IMG/VR virus record: IMGVR_UViG_3300027917_000036
Length of the DNA stretch: 20,000 nucleotides
Strand: one strand, 5' to 3'
Origin: an uncultured virus (IMG/VR IMGVR_UViG_3300027917_000036)
Taxonomy: Duplodnaviria; Heunggongvirae; Uroviricota; Caudoviricetes
In this document: one piece after another, positions 6,756-15,590 of the stretch
Layout of the letters: each line of letters starts with the position of its first letter
How positions within the stretch are numbered: the stretch's first letter is position 1
The notes under the pieces: generated by a model
What the model was told of the DNA's origin: nothing
Databases searched by the model: none
Seen by the model: only the letters and a program-made list of their open reading frames with translations
Program-made: the position numbers and the translations under genes

Positions 6756-7016
6756 ATGGCAAGGACAAGGGCAAGAATTACTTCAAAACAAAAGTCTGCG
6801 AGGCGAAGGAATATCAAGATCGCTCGAGCTACTCGTGGAAAGGGAGGCAGAGGTAGACTCGGAGGGAGTGTCGTGCTTGTTTCCCATACTGGAAAGATGG
6901 GTATGAAAAAAGGCCTTGGTACAATGGGGATGGCGAAGGGAGCTGCTGGTAAGACTTCTCCTGCTCAGTTACGTGGAATAGTCGGAGGATTTAAGAGACA
7001 AGGATACATTAGATAG
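6756..7016 (+). CDS. Small basic Gly-rich protein, 86 aa, N-terminus paralogous to the previous gene
   Basis: SD AGGAG; contains RITSKQKSARRRNIKIA. Confidence 0.75.
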   Translation: MARTRARITSKQKSARRRNIKIARATRGKGGRGRLGGSVVLVSHTGKMGMKKGLGTMGMAKGAAGKTSPAQLRGIVGGFKRQGYIR

Positions 7017-7036
7017 GGAAGGAGGTAATCATATCA

Positions 7037-7636
7037 GTGAAAGAGGTAGTAGTTGCTGGCATACCTCGTTGCGGAACGACTTATCTATTCAGGTGTTTAG
7101 CAGGGATGTCCCCTGCCGGCACAACTCCTAAAGGGCCTGAATTAGAGCGATTGCCGATAATGAAAACTCACGGCTTGGCTCCACCGAATAGTTTTAAGGA
7201 TCCGTGGAGTGTTAAGACATCAAGGCACATGGTGGCAGGAGGATTAGCAATTTTCTTGTTCGGCGATCCTGTGCTCGCTGTTATATCAACTCGGTTTCGC
7301 AGATGGCGGAATGTTCATGCTCGTAATTGTGGCTTTTTTGGTAAATTGGAACATGCTGATATTTACCGCACAGACTGTTTTAACTATGAGAAGATGTTCG
7401 ATACCTGGACATCAGCGGCAAAGGCAAATGGGGCAGTGCTTGCGCTCCGATATGAAACACTTTATGAGAATCGGAGCGCGGTTGAGAAGTTCCTTGGCAG
7501 AACAGTACGTTGGAATCCTTGGAGGAAACGGAATACTGCCTACGATGCTGTCCCTCAAGACGATCTCAGGAATATTGTAAACACTTATCAAAGTTTAATC
7601 CGAAAGGTGCGTAATGCGCCAGATGTGATACAGTAG
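7037..7636 (+). CDS. Sulfotransferase-family protein
   Basis: N-terminal 5'-PSB loop GIPRCGTTYL, KTH, a GDP variant of the 3'-PB R-D/N-P motif, and LRYETL; SD AAGGAGG before a GTG start. Confidence 0.75.
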   Translation: MKEVVVAGIPRCGTTYLFRCLAGMSPAGTTPKGPELERLPIMKTHGLAPPNSFKDPWSVKTSRHMVAGGLAIFLFGDPVLAVISTRFRRWRNVHARNCGFFGKLEHADIYRTDCFNYEKMFDTWTSAAKANGAVLALRYETLYENRSAVEKFLGRTVRWNPWRKRNTAYDAVPQDDLRNIVNTYQSLIRKVRNAPDVIQ

Positions 7637-7651
7637 AAGGAGGAACTTATC

Positions 7652-7909
7652 ATGGCATATCAAGATCAGCCAATGACAGAAGCAGAATGGCAAGCGTTTG
7701 ATGATGCCCGTACTTTGGCAAGAGCTGAAACCATTAAAGCCGATAAGGGCCGTTTCAATAAGGCATCTACAGCAGCAAAGCGAATACTCGCTGAAGAGAA
7801 AGAAGAGACAAAGGCAATGGCCAAGGTCGCTGGTAAGAAAACCACTGAAACGAATCCTGATAAAACCAACGACACTATTGCTGGATTGAATATATTCAAA
7901 AAAATCTAA
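7652..7909 (+). CDS. Hypothetical helical phage protein, 85 aa
   Basis: ORF track; SD AAGGAGG. Confidence 0.8.
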   Translation: MAYQDQPMTEAEWQAFDDARTLARAETIKADKGRFNKASTAAKRILAEEKEETKAMAKVAGKKTTETNPDKTNDTIAGLNIFKKI

Positions 7910-7921
7910 TCGGAGATTACA

Positions 7922-9469
7922 ATGGCCGAAGTAAAAACTGTTCAGGATCTCTTAGACGAGCATTGGCTCTATGCCGATAATATTTCAGAGTGGATATTTT
8001 TAATATCTGCTTATGAAGGTACAAAAGAGCTGGTGGAGCAAGGATACCTGCCAAGGCATGAGAGAGAAAGTGTTACAAACTGGATGCGTCGCAAGTCTGA
8101 AGCAACGGGATTCAATTATAGCAAGAGTGTCGTTGATCTGTTCAATCTATACTTGTTCAAAGAACCAGTGAAGAGGAACCTTGATCAATTGGCTGATGAC
8201 CCTGCGTGGCAACTGTTCGAGGAAGATTGTAACCTTATGGGTGATACTTTTGATGATTGGTTCACTGAGCAAGGGCGATACGCTTCTATTTATGGTGCTG
8301 TAGGGGTATTGGTAGATAAGGCCAAACACGATCTTGTCACTCGGCAGGAAGAGCTGGATAAAAAGATTTATCCATACTGTTCGGTCTATTATCCACCTGC
8401 TATATTAGATTGGGATTGGGATAGAGATCCAGAAACTAATCGGCCTATTCTTTCATATCTAAAGCTCTTGGATGAGAAGGATTTTTATAGGATCTGGTGG
8501 CCAGATAAGTATGAGGTATGGCAGATACCCGAAGATGTGACAGATCAGAAAACAATTGATAAGTCTGCTGCGGCCAAACTTGTAGAGGCAGGTCCTAATC
8601 AACTTGGTGAAATTCCGTTTTTCTGGTTGTATAACTTTCGTGGTCGGCATGTCCCTATAGGTGTCAGTGATATACATGAAGTGGCGCGTTTGGATGTTTC
8701 TATTCTAAGAAACATCTCTCAGGGAGATGAAGTTATTGACTATGCTGCTTTCCCGATGATGCGGAAGCCACACGAGGAAGGAAAGGTTAATCCTGATGGA
8801 AGTTTAACTCATCCAGCATCTCAGGATGAGGTTGGTCCGACGGCTGTCTTGGGTTTTGACCCTGATAAACCGGAATCTAAGCCTGACTGGCTAAATGCTT
8901 CTGTCAGTGATCCTATCAATGCAATATTGGGATGGATTGAAAGAAAGGTAGCAGAAATCTATAGAGCCACCAATGCAGGAGGCATGGCAGCAACTGAAAT
9001 ATCAACCTCCCCTAAATCGGGCGCAGCACTTAAGACAGAGTTTCAATTATTGAATGCTTCACTCGTTAAGAAGGCAGTTTCCTTGGAAAAGGGAGAAGAA
9101 CGGCTATTATATTATTGGTTGAAATGGCAGGACCAGGAAGAGTACCTTGAAAATATAACTATTCAGCGGGAACGTACTTATGATGTTGAAGACTTAACCA
9201 CAGAACTTGAAAATGTGCTCACTGCACAGACGGTGGTACATAGCCCTGAATTTCATAATATGCTTGAGAAGAATGTTGTACGTTCTATGCTACCTGCGCA
9301 CGATGATTCTCAACTGGAGGCGGTGGATAAAGAGATCGACGAATATTATGAAATGTCTAAACAGTATACATTGGTTGCAGCGGAACAATCGTTGAAAGCC
9401 CTGACGACGCCTCCTCAAGAGGATGAAGAAGGTGAAGGTGAAGAAGAGGGGGAGGGTGAAGAACAATGA
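7922..9469 (+). CDS. Portal protein
   Basis: 515 aa, downstream of terL; portal-like motifs YLPRHERE, NYSKSVVD, NQLGEIPF and SGAAL; acidic C-terminal tail. Confidence 0.88.
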   Translation: MAEVKTVQDLLDEHWLYADNISEWIFLISAYEGTKELVEQGYLPRHERESVTNWMRRKSEATGFNYSKSVVDLFNLYLFKEPVKRNLDQLADDPAWQLFEEDCNLMGDTFDDWFTEQGRYASIYGAVGVLVDKAKHDLVTRQEELDKKIYPYCSVYYPPAILDWDWDRDPETNRPILSYLKLLDEKDFYRIWWPDKYEVWQIPEDVTDQKTIDKSAAAKLVEAGPNQLGEIPFFWLYNFRGRHVPIGVSDIHEVARLDVSILRNISQGDEVIDYAAFPMMRKPHEEGKVNPDGSLTHPASQDEVGPTAVLGFDPDKPESKPDWLNASVSDPINAILGWIERKVAEIYRATNAGGMAATEISTSPKSGAALKTEFQLLNASLVKKAVSLEKGEERLLYYWLKWQDQEEYLENITIQRERTYDVEDLTTELENVLTAQTVVHSPEFHNMLEKNVVRSMLPAHDDSQLEAVDKEIDEYYEMSKQYTLVAAEQSLKALTTPPQEDEEGEGEEEGEGEEQ

Positions 9470-9834
9470 TGGCGAATCCTAATACTTCTAAAACGGTATC
9501 TGGATCGGAGAACTTATCAACGACCAGCACGGATCATTATTATACGTGGGAGGATCAAATGCACGTTGGTGAATTTTATGAGAAGGAATACTATTCACCC
9601 TGGACAGATTATGATAAGGATTACATTACGTGGGTTTTAAGAAATGAATTTTTAAAACTTTTGGAAAGAAACCGTTGGAAAGAACTCAAGCATGAAATGA
9701 GGAATGATAAGTGCCCAAGACCACCTTTAGACCTACGCCCTATGGTGCGGCATACTATTCGAATACGTGGAACGTTCAAGGGTAGGGGTGAACGGTCCGT
9801 CTCGAAGGGCTCAGGACCTTACACTATCCATTGA
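9466..9834 (+). CDS. Hypothetical protein, 122 aa
   Basis: ATGA overlap with the portal stop codon. Confidence 0.55.
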   Translation: MMANPNTSKTVSGSENLSTTSTDHYYTWEDQMHVGEFYEKEYYSPWTDYDKDYITWVLRNEFLKLLERNRWKELKHEMRNDKCPRPPLDLRPMVRHTIRIRGTFKGRGERSVSKGSGPYTIH

Positions 9835-9847
9835 GCGGAGGGACGTT

Positions 9848-9988
9848 ATGCCAAAAGGGACAAAAGTAGCGCGATGTGTTCGTAAAGTTATGAAGCAAGG
9901 CAAATCAAAGGCATCAGCGATTAGGATTTGCCAAGAGTCTACTGGCCTGTCTTATAAAACGGGTAAAAAACCAAAAAGGAAAAAATAA
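9848..9988 (+). CDS. Small basic protein, 46 aa (MPKGTKVARCVRKVMKQGKSKASAIRICQ...)
   Basis: SD GGAGG then ATG 9848; two Cys; Lys-rich tail. Confidence 0.7.
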   Translation: MPKGTKVARCVRKVMKQGKSKASAIRICQESTGLSYKTGKKPKRKK

Positions 9989-10035
9989 TGTGTAGTAGTA
10001 AAAAGAAGAAAAAGAGGAAGAAGCGTAAGAAATGA
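9988..10035 (+). CDS. Possible 15-aa poly-basic micropeptide MCSSKKKKKRKKRKK
   Basis: TAATG overlap with the upstream stop and ATGA overlap with the downstream start. Confidence 0.4.
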   Translation: MCSSKKKKKRKKRKK

Positions 10036-12437
10036 TAGAAGCCATTGCAGATTCTGTTAAGAGTGCCGATAAGACGCTTGATCTTTATGAGAAGAAGCAC
10101 CAGAAAAGACTTCTCAAATCAATCCAATCGTTGGAAGATAAGATGGTCGGCCTCTTACAAGATATCAAAACGAAGGATGGTCGCGTTGAAGGCTTGAAAG
10201 TAAATCTTAAGCAAACGCAGGTTATTCATCAAAAGATGATAAGGATCTTTGAGGATACATATGGCGTTGCCGTTAAAGATATTCTTGGGGACTTTCAGGA
10301 TGTGGCGACTATTATCCAGGATAGCTGGGCAGATCTTGGAGAGGCAGTGAATTTTACTGGCGTTGATGTTCAAATGATGAAATCATTGCAAGCACAGACC
10401 AATGCGCAATATGCGCAGTATGGGGTGCAAGCACAGGAAAGGATCGCAGATGCTTTGTATACAGCATCTATTGGAGGTCAGCCTTTTTCTGAACTATTAA
10501 GAACAGTGCGTGGAGTTCTGCGCGGTCATAAGGACGTGCGTGGTAGGCCGATGGAGTCTTATGCCCATCAGCATGCGATGGATAGTGTTAGGAACTTTCA
10601 TAATGATGTGAATATTAAGAAATCTGAAGATCTTGGCATAGAACGATTCTTATATTACGGCAATCTTATTAATACTTCTCGCCAGTTCTGTAGGACAAGA
10701 GCTGGAAAGGTTTATTCTAAAAAGACTATCGAAAGCTGGAATGATATGTCTTGGTCAGGTAAGGCTGGCCCACCGTTGCAATACCGAGGAGGTTACAATT
10801 GCAGGCATCATTGGCGACCTGCCAGAGAGGAATGGTTCACAGATACTGTCGATGACACAGAAACAAGCATATTGCTCGACGATGCTGCAACAGTAGACGA
10901 TCCAGAAGTAACGCGTCTAAGAAAGGATTTAGCCAGTGTTCAAAAGGAGTCTCAGGCAGTGCTGGCAGAAAAGAAACAAGTTGCGGCAAAGCGCAAATCG
11001 ATCAGAGAAGAATTGGCTGCAGCGACGGACCCAAAGGTTAAAAAGGAATTGAGGCAACAGGTTGCAGATTGGCGACAAAAAACAATTAAACTTGAACAGT
11101 TGCAAAAAGCATATCGTGAAAAAACTGTTGAACTACAGGCTGAATTAAAAGAGGCGTTGGCTAAGAGTCGTGGAGTAAAGCCTCCTCCACCGAAGCCAAA
11201 AGTAAAACCGATTCCGGCGAAGCAAGTTATCACTTTAACAGAGGCTGATATCTTGAAGCTTGGCATGAAACAAGAAGAGAAAATTATTAATCTTGGAGAG
11301 GCAATACCTACAAAGGGATTACAAAGGATAAGTGAAAAGGGCAAAAAGACTTTTCAACTCAGAAGGGAATGGCAACAGGCTGAAGATGAACTCTATGCTC
11401 TTGCTGATCAATTGAGCGAAGCATCCCAACGGGAAAATGCCAGACGATGGACATGGGCAGGTAGCTGGGATGAATCTGATAATAAATTGCTTAGAGCTAT
11501 CAATGCTAAGCATCAAGAAGTATTCGAAAGAAAAATGGCTTGGTACAGATCGTTGCCAAGAGAAGATAAATTGTTACAACGAGATAAGACGGTCCGTGAG
11601 ATTTTAGACCAGGCAATGACAACTCAAGGGCGCAGACGATTTAAGAAAGTGAAGGATGGAACTGATCATTTAAGTTATCGTATGCTTAATGAATTGCAAC
11701 GTCATGAGATGAAAATTAATTGGCAACCAGGAAGGGCTTGCTTCCGATCGTCAGAAGGCGCAATATACCTTGCTGATGCAGACTATTATGATGTTGTGGC
11801 CCATGAGCTGAGTCATGCAATAGATTCTTTGATGGGTTCTAACTTTAATGGTAATTGGGCAAGGACAGGTTTGGCTTGGAAAAACAATAATGTTTTTGTG
11901 AAGCCTGAAATGCGAGATAATCTTAGAGCATGGTTTAAAAGACAAGATAATAAAGGTCTTGGCACTTATACAAACGGTGATGGTAAATATTTTAAAGGTC
12001 AATGGATACATAACTATGAAGGTCGTTTGTATGAAGGCCGTTGGAATTATATCCATGCTACTGGGGAAGAAGTTAAACAAATGAGAGGCATTGCTCAGGA
12101 ATGGTGGGCAATGAATATTCAGCGTTACAGCAAAGCAATAAGGAAAAGTACGAAAGCGTTTGCGGATGATGTTGCTACATATACTAATGCTCTTGAAGAG
12201 GCCAAATCGCAGTTGGATAATGCTTTGGCTACTAAACAATCCAAAACTACTATTCAAGCATTAGAAGCTGATATTCGTAGTATTCAGGCATCGCTGAATA
12301 TAACGTATGAAAAGGATGTTGTTGGTTACATAGAAGATTATCTCGTTACACATACGGACTGGAGAAAAGTTAAAAAGATGTACCCGGAGTTTGCAGAGTT
12401 TATTGAAGAATTTCATAAGACAATTACGAGGACATAA
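10032..12437 (+). CDS. MuF / SPP1 gp7-like minor head protein with coiled-coil linker and C-terminal HEXXH metallopeptidase-like domain
   Basis: Follows the portal; SRQFC...GGYNCRHHW minor-capsid motif near residues 215-265; VVAHELSHAID with distal QEWWA. Confidence 0.85.
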   Translation: MIEAIADSVKSADKTLDLYEKKHQKRLLKSIQSLEDKMVGLLQDIKTKDGRVEGLKVNLKQTQVIHQKMIRIFEDTYGVAVKDILGDFQDVATIIQDSWADLGEAVNFTGVDVQMMKSLQAQTNAQYAQYGVQAQERIADALYTASIGGQPFSELLRTVRGVLRGHKDVRGRPMESYAHQHAMDSVRNFHNDVNIKKSEDLGIERFLYYGNLINTSRQFCRTRAGKVYSKKTIESWNDMSWSGKAGPPLQYRGGYNCRHHWRPAREEWFTDTVDDTETSILLDDAATVDDPEVTRLRKDLASVQKESQAVLAEKKQVAAKRKSIREELAAATDPKVKKELRQQVADWRQKTIKLEQLQKAYREKTVELQAELKEALAKSRGVKPPPPKPKVKPIPAKQVITLTEADILKLGMKQEEKIINLGEAIPTKGLQRISEKGKKTFQLRREWQQAEDELYALADQLSEASQRENARRWTWAGSWDESDNKLLRAINAKHQEVFERKMAWYRSLPREDKLLQRDKTVREILDQAMTTQGRRRFKKVKDGTDHLSYRMLNELQRHEMKINWQPGRACFRSSEGAIYLADADYYDVVAHELSHAIDSLMGSNFNGNWARTGLAWKNNNVFVKPEMRDNLRAWFKRQDNKGLGTYTNGDGKYFKGQWIHNYEGRLYEGRWNYIHATGEEVKQMRGIAQEWWAMNIQRYSKAIRKSTKAFADDVATYTNALEEAKSQLDNALATKQSKTTIQALEADIRSIQASLNITYEKDVVGYIEDYLVTHTDWRKVKKMYPEFAEFIEEFHKTITRT

Positions 12438-12439
12438 TT

Positions 12440-12736
12440 ATGGATATACCATTAAGATCTATCCATGGTGATGGGCAGATAACATACAACGATGCTGTCT
12501 ATTCACCAGTAGATTTTGAAGTAAAAGGTTCTGAAAAACTTATCACAGCAGTAACTGCTTACTTGAACAAGGAACGCGAGTTTTGGATCCCTGAGAGTCA
12601 GGATATAGATGACTATCGGGTTGATTTGAAGAAACCAATAGACGGGCTTGATTATTTCGAAATGGCATTGAGTGAGATGTTCGCTGAGATTGACATTGAA
12701 GTACTTTGGCCAGAAGTCGAAACGGAGACTGAATAA
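12440..12736 (+). CDS. Small acidic protein, candidate partner or immunity protein for the MuF C-terminal domain
   Basis: 98 aa, D/E-rich, starts 2 nt after the MuF stop; function inferred from position only. Confidence 0.6.
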   Translation: MDIPLRSIHGDGQITYNDAVYSPVDFEVKGSEKLITAVTAYLNKEREFWIPESQDIDDYRVDLKKPIDGLDYFEMALSEMFAEIDIEVLWPEVETETE

Positions 12737-12897
12737 TGAATGTATCAGAATTTGTCATTAAAATATTAAGTGAAACAAATGGTTTGTGTTTTCTTCCGGT
12801 AGCGGTCGATGGACCAACCCCTGAGCCTATTGAGAAGAAATTTGAGATTGGAGTGGACAAGGGTTACTTATTATTAAGACCGCGAAAGGAGGAATAG
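12736..12897 (+). CDS. Hypothetical protein, 53 aa (MNVSEFVIKIL...)
   Basis: TAATG coupling, GGAG upstream, fills the gap to the next gene; not in the ORF track. Confidence 0.6.
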   Translation: MNVSEFVIKILSETNGLCFLPVAVDGPTPEPIEKKFEIGVDKGYLLLRPRKEE

Positions 12898-12898
12898 C

Positions 12899-13327
12899 AT
12901 GCAATATCAACCAATGTATTTTAGGATAGAAGAATTAGTTTCCCCTGAGATTATTAACACTCCACCGTTCGATAGCAGAAAGGATTTGTTGTGGTGGTTG
13001 TTCGATGATCGTATACTTATCACAGCAGATCGCTTGCGTGGGCGTTATGGCAGAATGCTATGTAACACTTGGTTGTGGGGAGGATCCACAAAGTATCGTG
13101 GATTCAGGCCTTCCGGTTGTCCTGTTGGTTCTAAGTGGAGCCAGCATAAGTTCGGTCGCGCTCTTGATCTTGTTCCATTAGATACTGGAGTAGATGATAT
13201 TAGAGCGAATATTATTAATGGGGAAGATCGGGAGGCCCATAAATATGTAACGGCTATTGAGTTGAAGGTATCATGGTTGCATCTCGATTGCCGAAATAAT
13301 ACAGGACTATTGAAGTTCAGTCCTTAG
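12899..13327 (+). CDS. Peptidase M15-family Zn peptidase (peptidoglycan hydrolase / endolysin-like)
   Basis: GFR...SQHKFGRALD...WLHLD matches the SxHxxGxAxD and HxD zinc motifs. Confidence 0.85.
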   Translation: MQYQPMYFRIEELVSPEIINTPPFDSRKDLLWWLFDDRILITADRLRGRYGRMLCNTWLWGGSTKYRGFRPSGCPVGSKWSQHKFGRALDLVPLDTGVDDIRANIINGEDREAHKYVTAIELKVSWLHLDCRNNTGLLKFSP

Positions 13328-13330
13328 AGT

Positions 13331-13501
13331 TTCGTGCGTGAGAAGTTTTCTATTAATCTTTTTTTTAACGGTTGGCTATCGTGCGTTAATGGGTTAATTT
13401 CGTCGAAAGGACTTATTAGCATATATGGAAAAAAGAAAAGCCAGCTGAGCCGTTTTCGGTTCACCTGATGAGGATGTCTTAACTTACTTCTCACGCACGA
13501 A
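13331..13501 (+). repeat. 16-bp perfect inverted repeat enclosing about 140 nt; candidate structured RNA
   Basis: TTCGTGCGTGAGAAGT (13331-13346) / ACTTCTCACGCACGAA (13486-13501). Confidence 0.7.
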
Positions 13502-13559
13502 TTAATTTTGTAGAGGCAATGTGAATTGAACACTGTAGCCAGTTATATCAACTTATCGC

Positions 13560-13652
13560 GCCGGATGGCAAAAAAGCCCGGATGGGTGAAACCCAAAACC
13601 AGCAGTATTGTATTAACTTCCGGATGGAAAACCTATAATAGCCCGGATGGGC
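13560..13652 (+). promoter_or_regulatory. Four GGAU-loop mini-hairpins in the scaffold leader
   Basis: GCC-GGAT-GGC, GCCC-GGAT-GGGT, TTCC-GGAT-GGAA and GCCC-GGAT-GGGC; the last abuts SD AAAGGAGG. Confidence 0.7.
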
Positions 13653-13665
13653 AAAGGAGGGCAAA

Positions 13666-14532
13666 ATGCCTTGGAAAATAAAAGCTGATGAAGAAGGGAA
13701 ACCAGTATTTCAGGACGAAAAGCCAGTGTATATCGATCCCGATGGCAAGGAGCTGACCTTAGATCCTCCAAGCATGTACGAAAAAATCTTGGATCTTAAT
13801 AAGGAAAGCAAGAAGCATAGGGAAACGGCAAAAACTCTGGAATCCAAGATCGTATTGTTCAATGATATTGAAGATCTTGAGGAATGGAAGAAGCAAGCCG
13901 ACACTGCTATTGAAACAGTAGCGAACTTTAACGATAAGGACTGGATGAAAGCTGAGAAGGTTGAGAAGTTGAAAAAGGAAATGGTGGATGCTCATGAAGC
14001 CAAACAAGAACAATTGCGCAAAGAATTTGAAGCGAAAGCCGAAGAGTTCAAGGCAATCGTTGATAAGAAAAATGGGCAAATCAGAGAGCTTATGATATCC
14101 AGCAAATTTGCAACTTCTCCATTATTCAGCGGTTCTGAACCGAAAACTACATTGCCTCCGGAAATTGCGGAGACCTATTTCGGGAAAAACTTTAAAGTCG
14201 AAGAAAAGGAAGATGGATCGCTACAACTTACAGCATACTACTCTAATGGCGACCTGGTCTATTCAAAAGAGAACCCAGGCGAATTGGCTGCATTCGATGA
14301 AGCGATGCAATATATCTTTGACAAGTTTCCTGGGAAGGATAAACTTCTCAGGGCCAAACCCGGAAGTGGCGCTCCTCCTGGTGGAGACGATAAGAAAACT
14401 GGTGAGACCGACGACATCGCGGAACTTCAAAAACAGCATGCTAATGCTACCGCGAATGGCGATATTAAGAGAGCAATCGCCTTGAAGAATCGGATCCATC
14501 AACTTAGGATGAATCAGAAAGCGGCAGCGTAG
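13666..14532 (+). CDS. Capsid scaffolding protein, putative (resembles the DUF6651 type)
   Basis: Charged coiled-coil directly before the capsid gene; KPVYIDPDGKE, FGKNFKVE and PGELAAFDEA motifs; KPGSGA tail. Confidence 0.75.
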   Translation: MPWKIKADEEGKPVFQDEKPVYIDPDGKELTLDPPSMYEKILDLNKESKKHRETAKTLESKIVLFNDIEDLEEWKKQADTAIETVANFNDKDWMKAEKVEKLKKEMVDAHEAKQEQLRKEFEAKAEEFKAIVDKKNGQIRELMISSKFATSPLFSGSEPKTTLPPEIAETYFGKNFKVEEKEDGSLQLTAYYSNGDLVYSKENPGELAAFDEAMQYIFDKFPGKDKLLRAKPGSGAPPGGDDKKTGETDDIAELQKQHANATANGDIKRAIALKNRIHQLRMNQKAAA

Positions 14533-14564
14533 CCATGCGCAGAATCTATGGAGGATAATTACTC

Positions 14565-15527
14565 ATGGCTAATACTAACAATCCTGCAACAATGTGGAAC
14601 TGCCCGAATTATACGGGCGAGCTTTTTCTGATCGGTGCGAATCAGACTCCCTTCCTTAACATGATAGGTGGTCTGCAAGGGGCGACTATTAAACTTGTCG
14701 CCCACTTGGAATTCCCGCTGGCTCAGCCTTGGGCCCTTGAGGCAGCAGCTCAGCCTGAAGTTACTGAGACTGATTCTCTCACTGCGCCTACAGCATGGAC
14801 CTATGTCCGTGGCCAGGACATCAATACTTGTCAGATCTTTCATCGGTCTGTCAGCGTGTCCTATCTGAAACAATCGGTTACTGGAGCTGTCGTAGCCGAT
14901 GCCACGACTGGTCTTGTTGATATTACTGGGCAACAGCCAGTTGGCAATGAAAGGGATTTCCAGATTGCTGCCCATATGCGGCAGATCGCTGTGAACGTTG
15001 ACTATACATTCCTAAATGGAGCTTATCAGAAGGCGACGGATGCTGGCACCGCTGCTAAGTGTCGTGGAATTATCACTGCCGCGACAACCAATGCAGTGAA
15101 TGCTTCTTCAGCTGATCTCTCCAAGCCTCTTGTCAATCAGCTTCTGCGGACCATGGCCGCGAACGGTGCAGAATTTGTGAATCCGGTCATTCTCTGTAAC
15201 GCTTTTCAGAAGCAACAGTTGAGCGACATTTATGGTTATGCTCCCGAAAGCCGGAATGTTGGTGGCGTAAACATTAACCAGATTGAGACCGACTTTGCTA
15301 TTCTCGGTGTGATCTGGGCACCGAACGTTCCCACAAGCACGCTGCTGATTGCGGATCTATCCGTTTGTGCTCCGGTGTTCTTGCCTGTGCCTGAGAAGGG
15401 AGTTCTCTTCTATGAAGAACTGTCCAAAACAGGTGCCTCTGAAAAGGGTCAGATCTATGGCCAGATTGGCTTGGATTATGGTCCGGAAGAGTATCACGGA
15501 AAAATCACCAATCTTAGCACATCGTAA
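14565..15527 (+). CDS. Major capsid protein (DUF5309 / SU10-like HK97 fold)
   Basis: 320 aa after the scaffold; TPFLNMIG, NTCQIFHRSVSVS, ETDF and EELSKTG...GQIYGQIGL motifs. Confidence 0.85.
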   Translation: MANTNNPATMWNCPNYTGELFLIGANQTPFLNMIGGLQGATIKLVAHLEFPLAQPWALEAAAQPEVTETDSLTAPTAWTYVRGQDINTCQIFHRSVSVSYLKQSVTGAVVADATTGLVDITGQQPVGNERDFQIAAHMRQIAVNVDYTFLNGAYQKATDAGTAAKCRGIITAATTNAVNASSADLSKPLVNQLLRTMAANGAEFVNPVILCNAFQKQQLSDIYGYAPESRNVGGVNINQIETDFAILGVIWAPNVPTSTLLIADLSVCAPVFLPVPEKGVLFYEELSKTGASEKGQIYGQIGLDYGPEEYHGKITNLSTS

Positions 15528-15590
15528 GAACGTTTGATACTTGGCAAATTGGTGAATAATAATAATACTCTTTTCTAACGGAGGTTAAGC

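Noticed and set aside
9420..9465. GAAGGT/GAAGAG repeats at the portal 3' end
   Set aside because: They simply encode the acidic EGEGEEE tail.
13400..13476. Possible seventh hammerhead on the + strand (GTCGAAAG ... hairpin ... CTGATGAGG)
   Set aside because: There is no stem III and no properly placed NUH triplet, and the CTG is itself paired in the extended hairpin.
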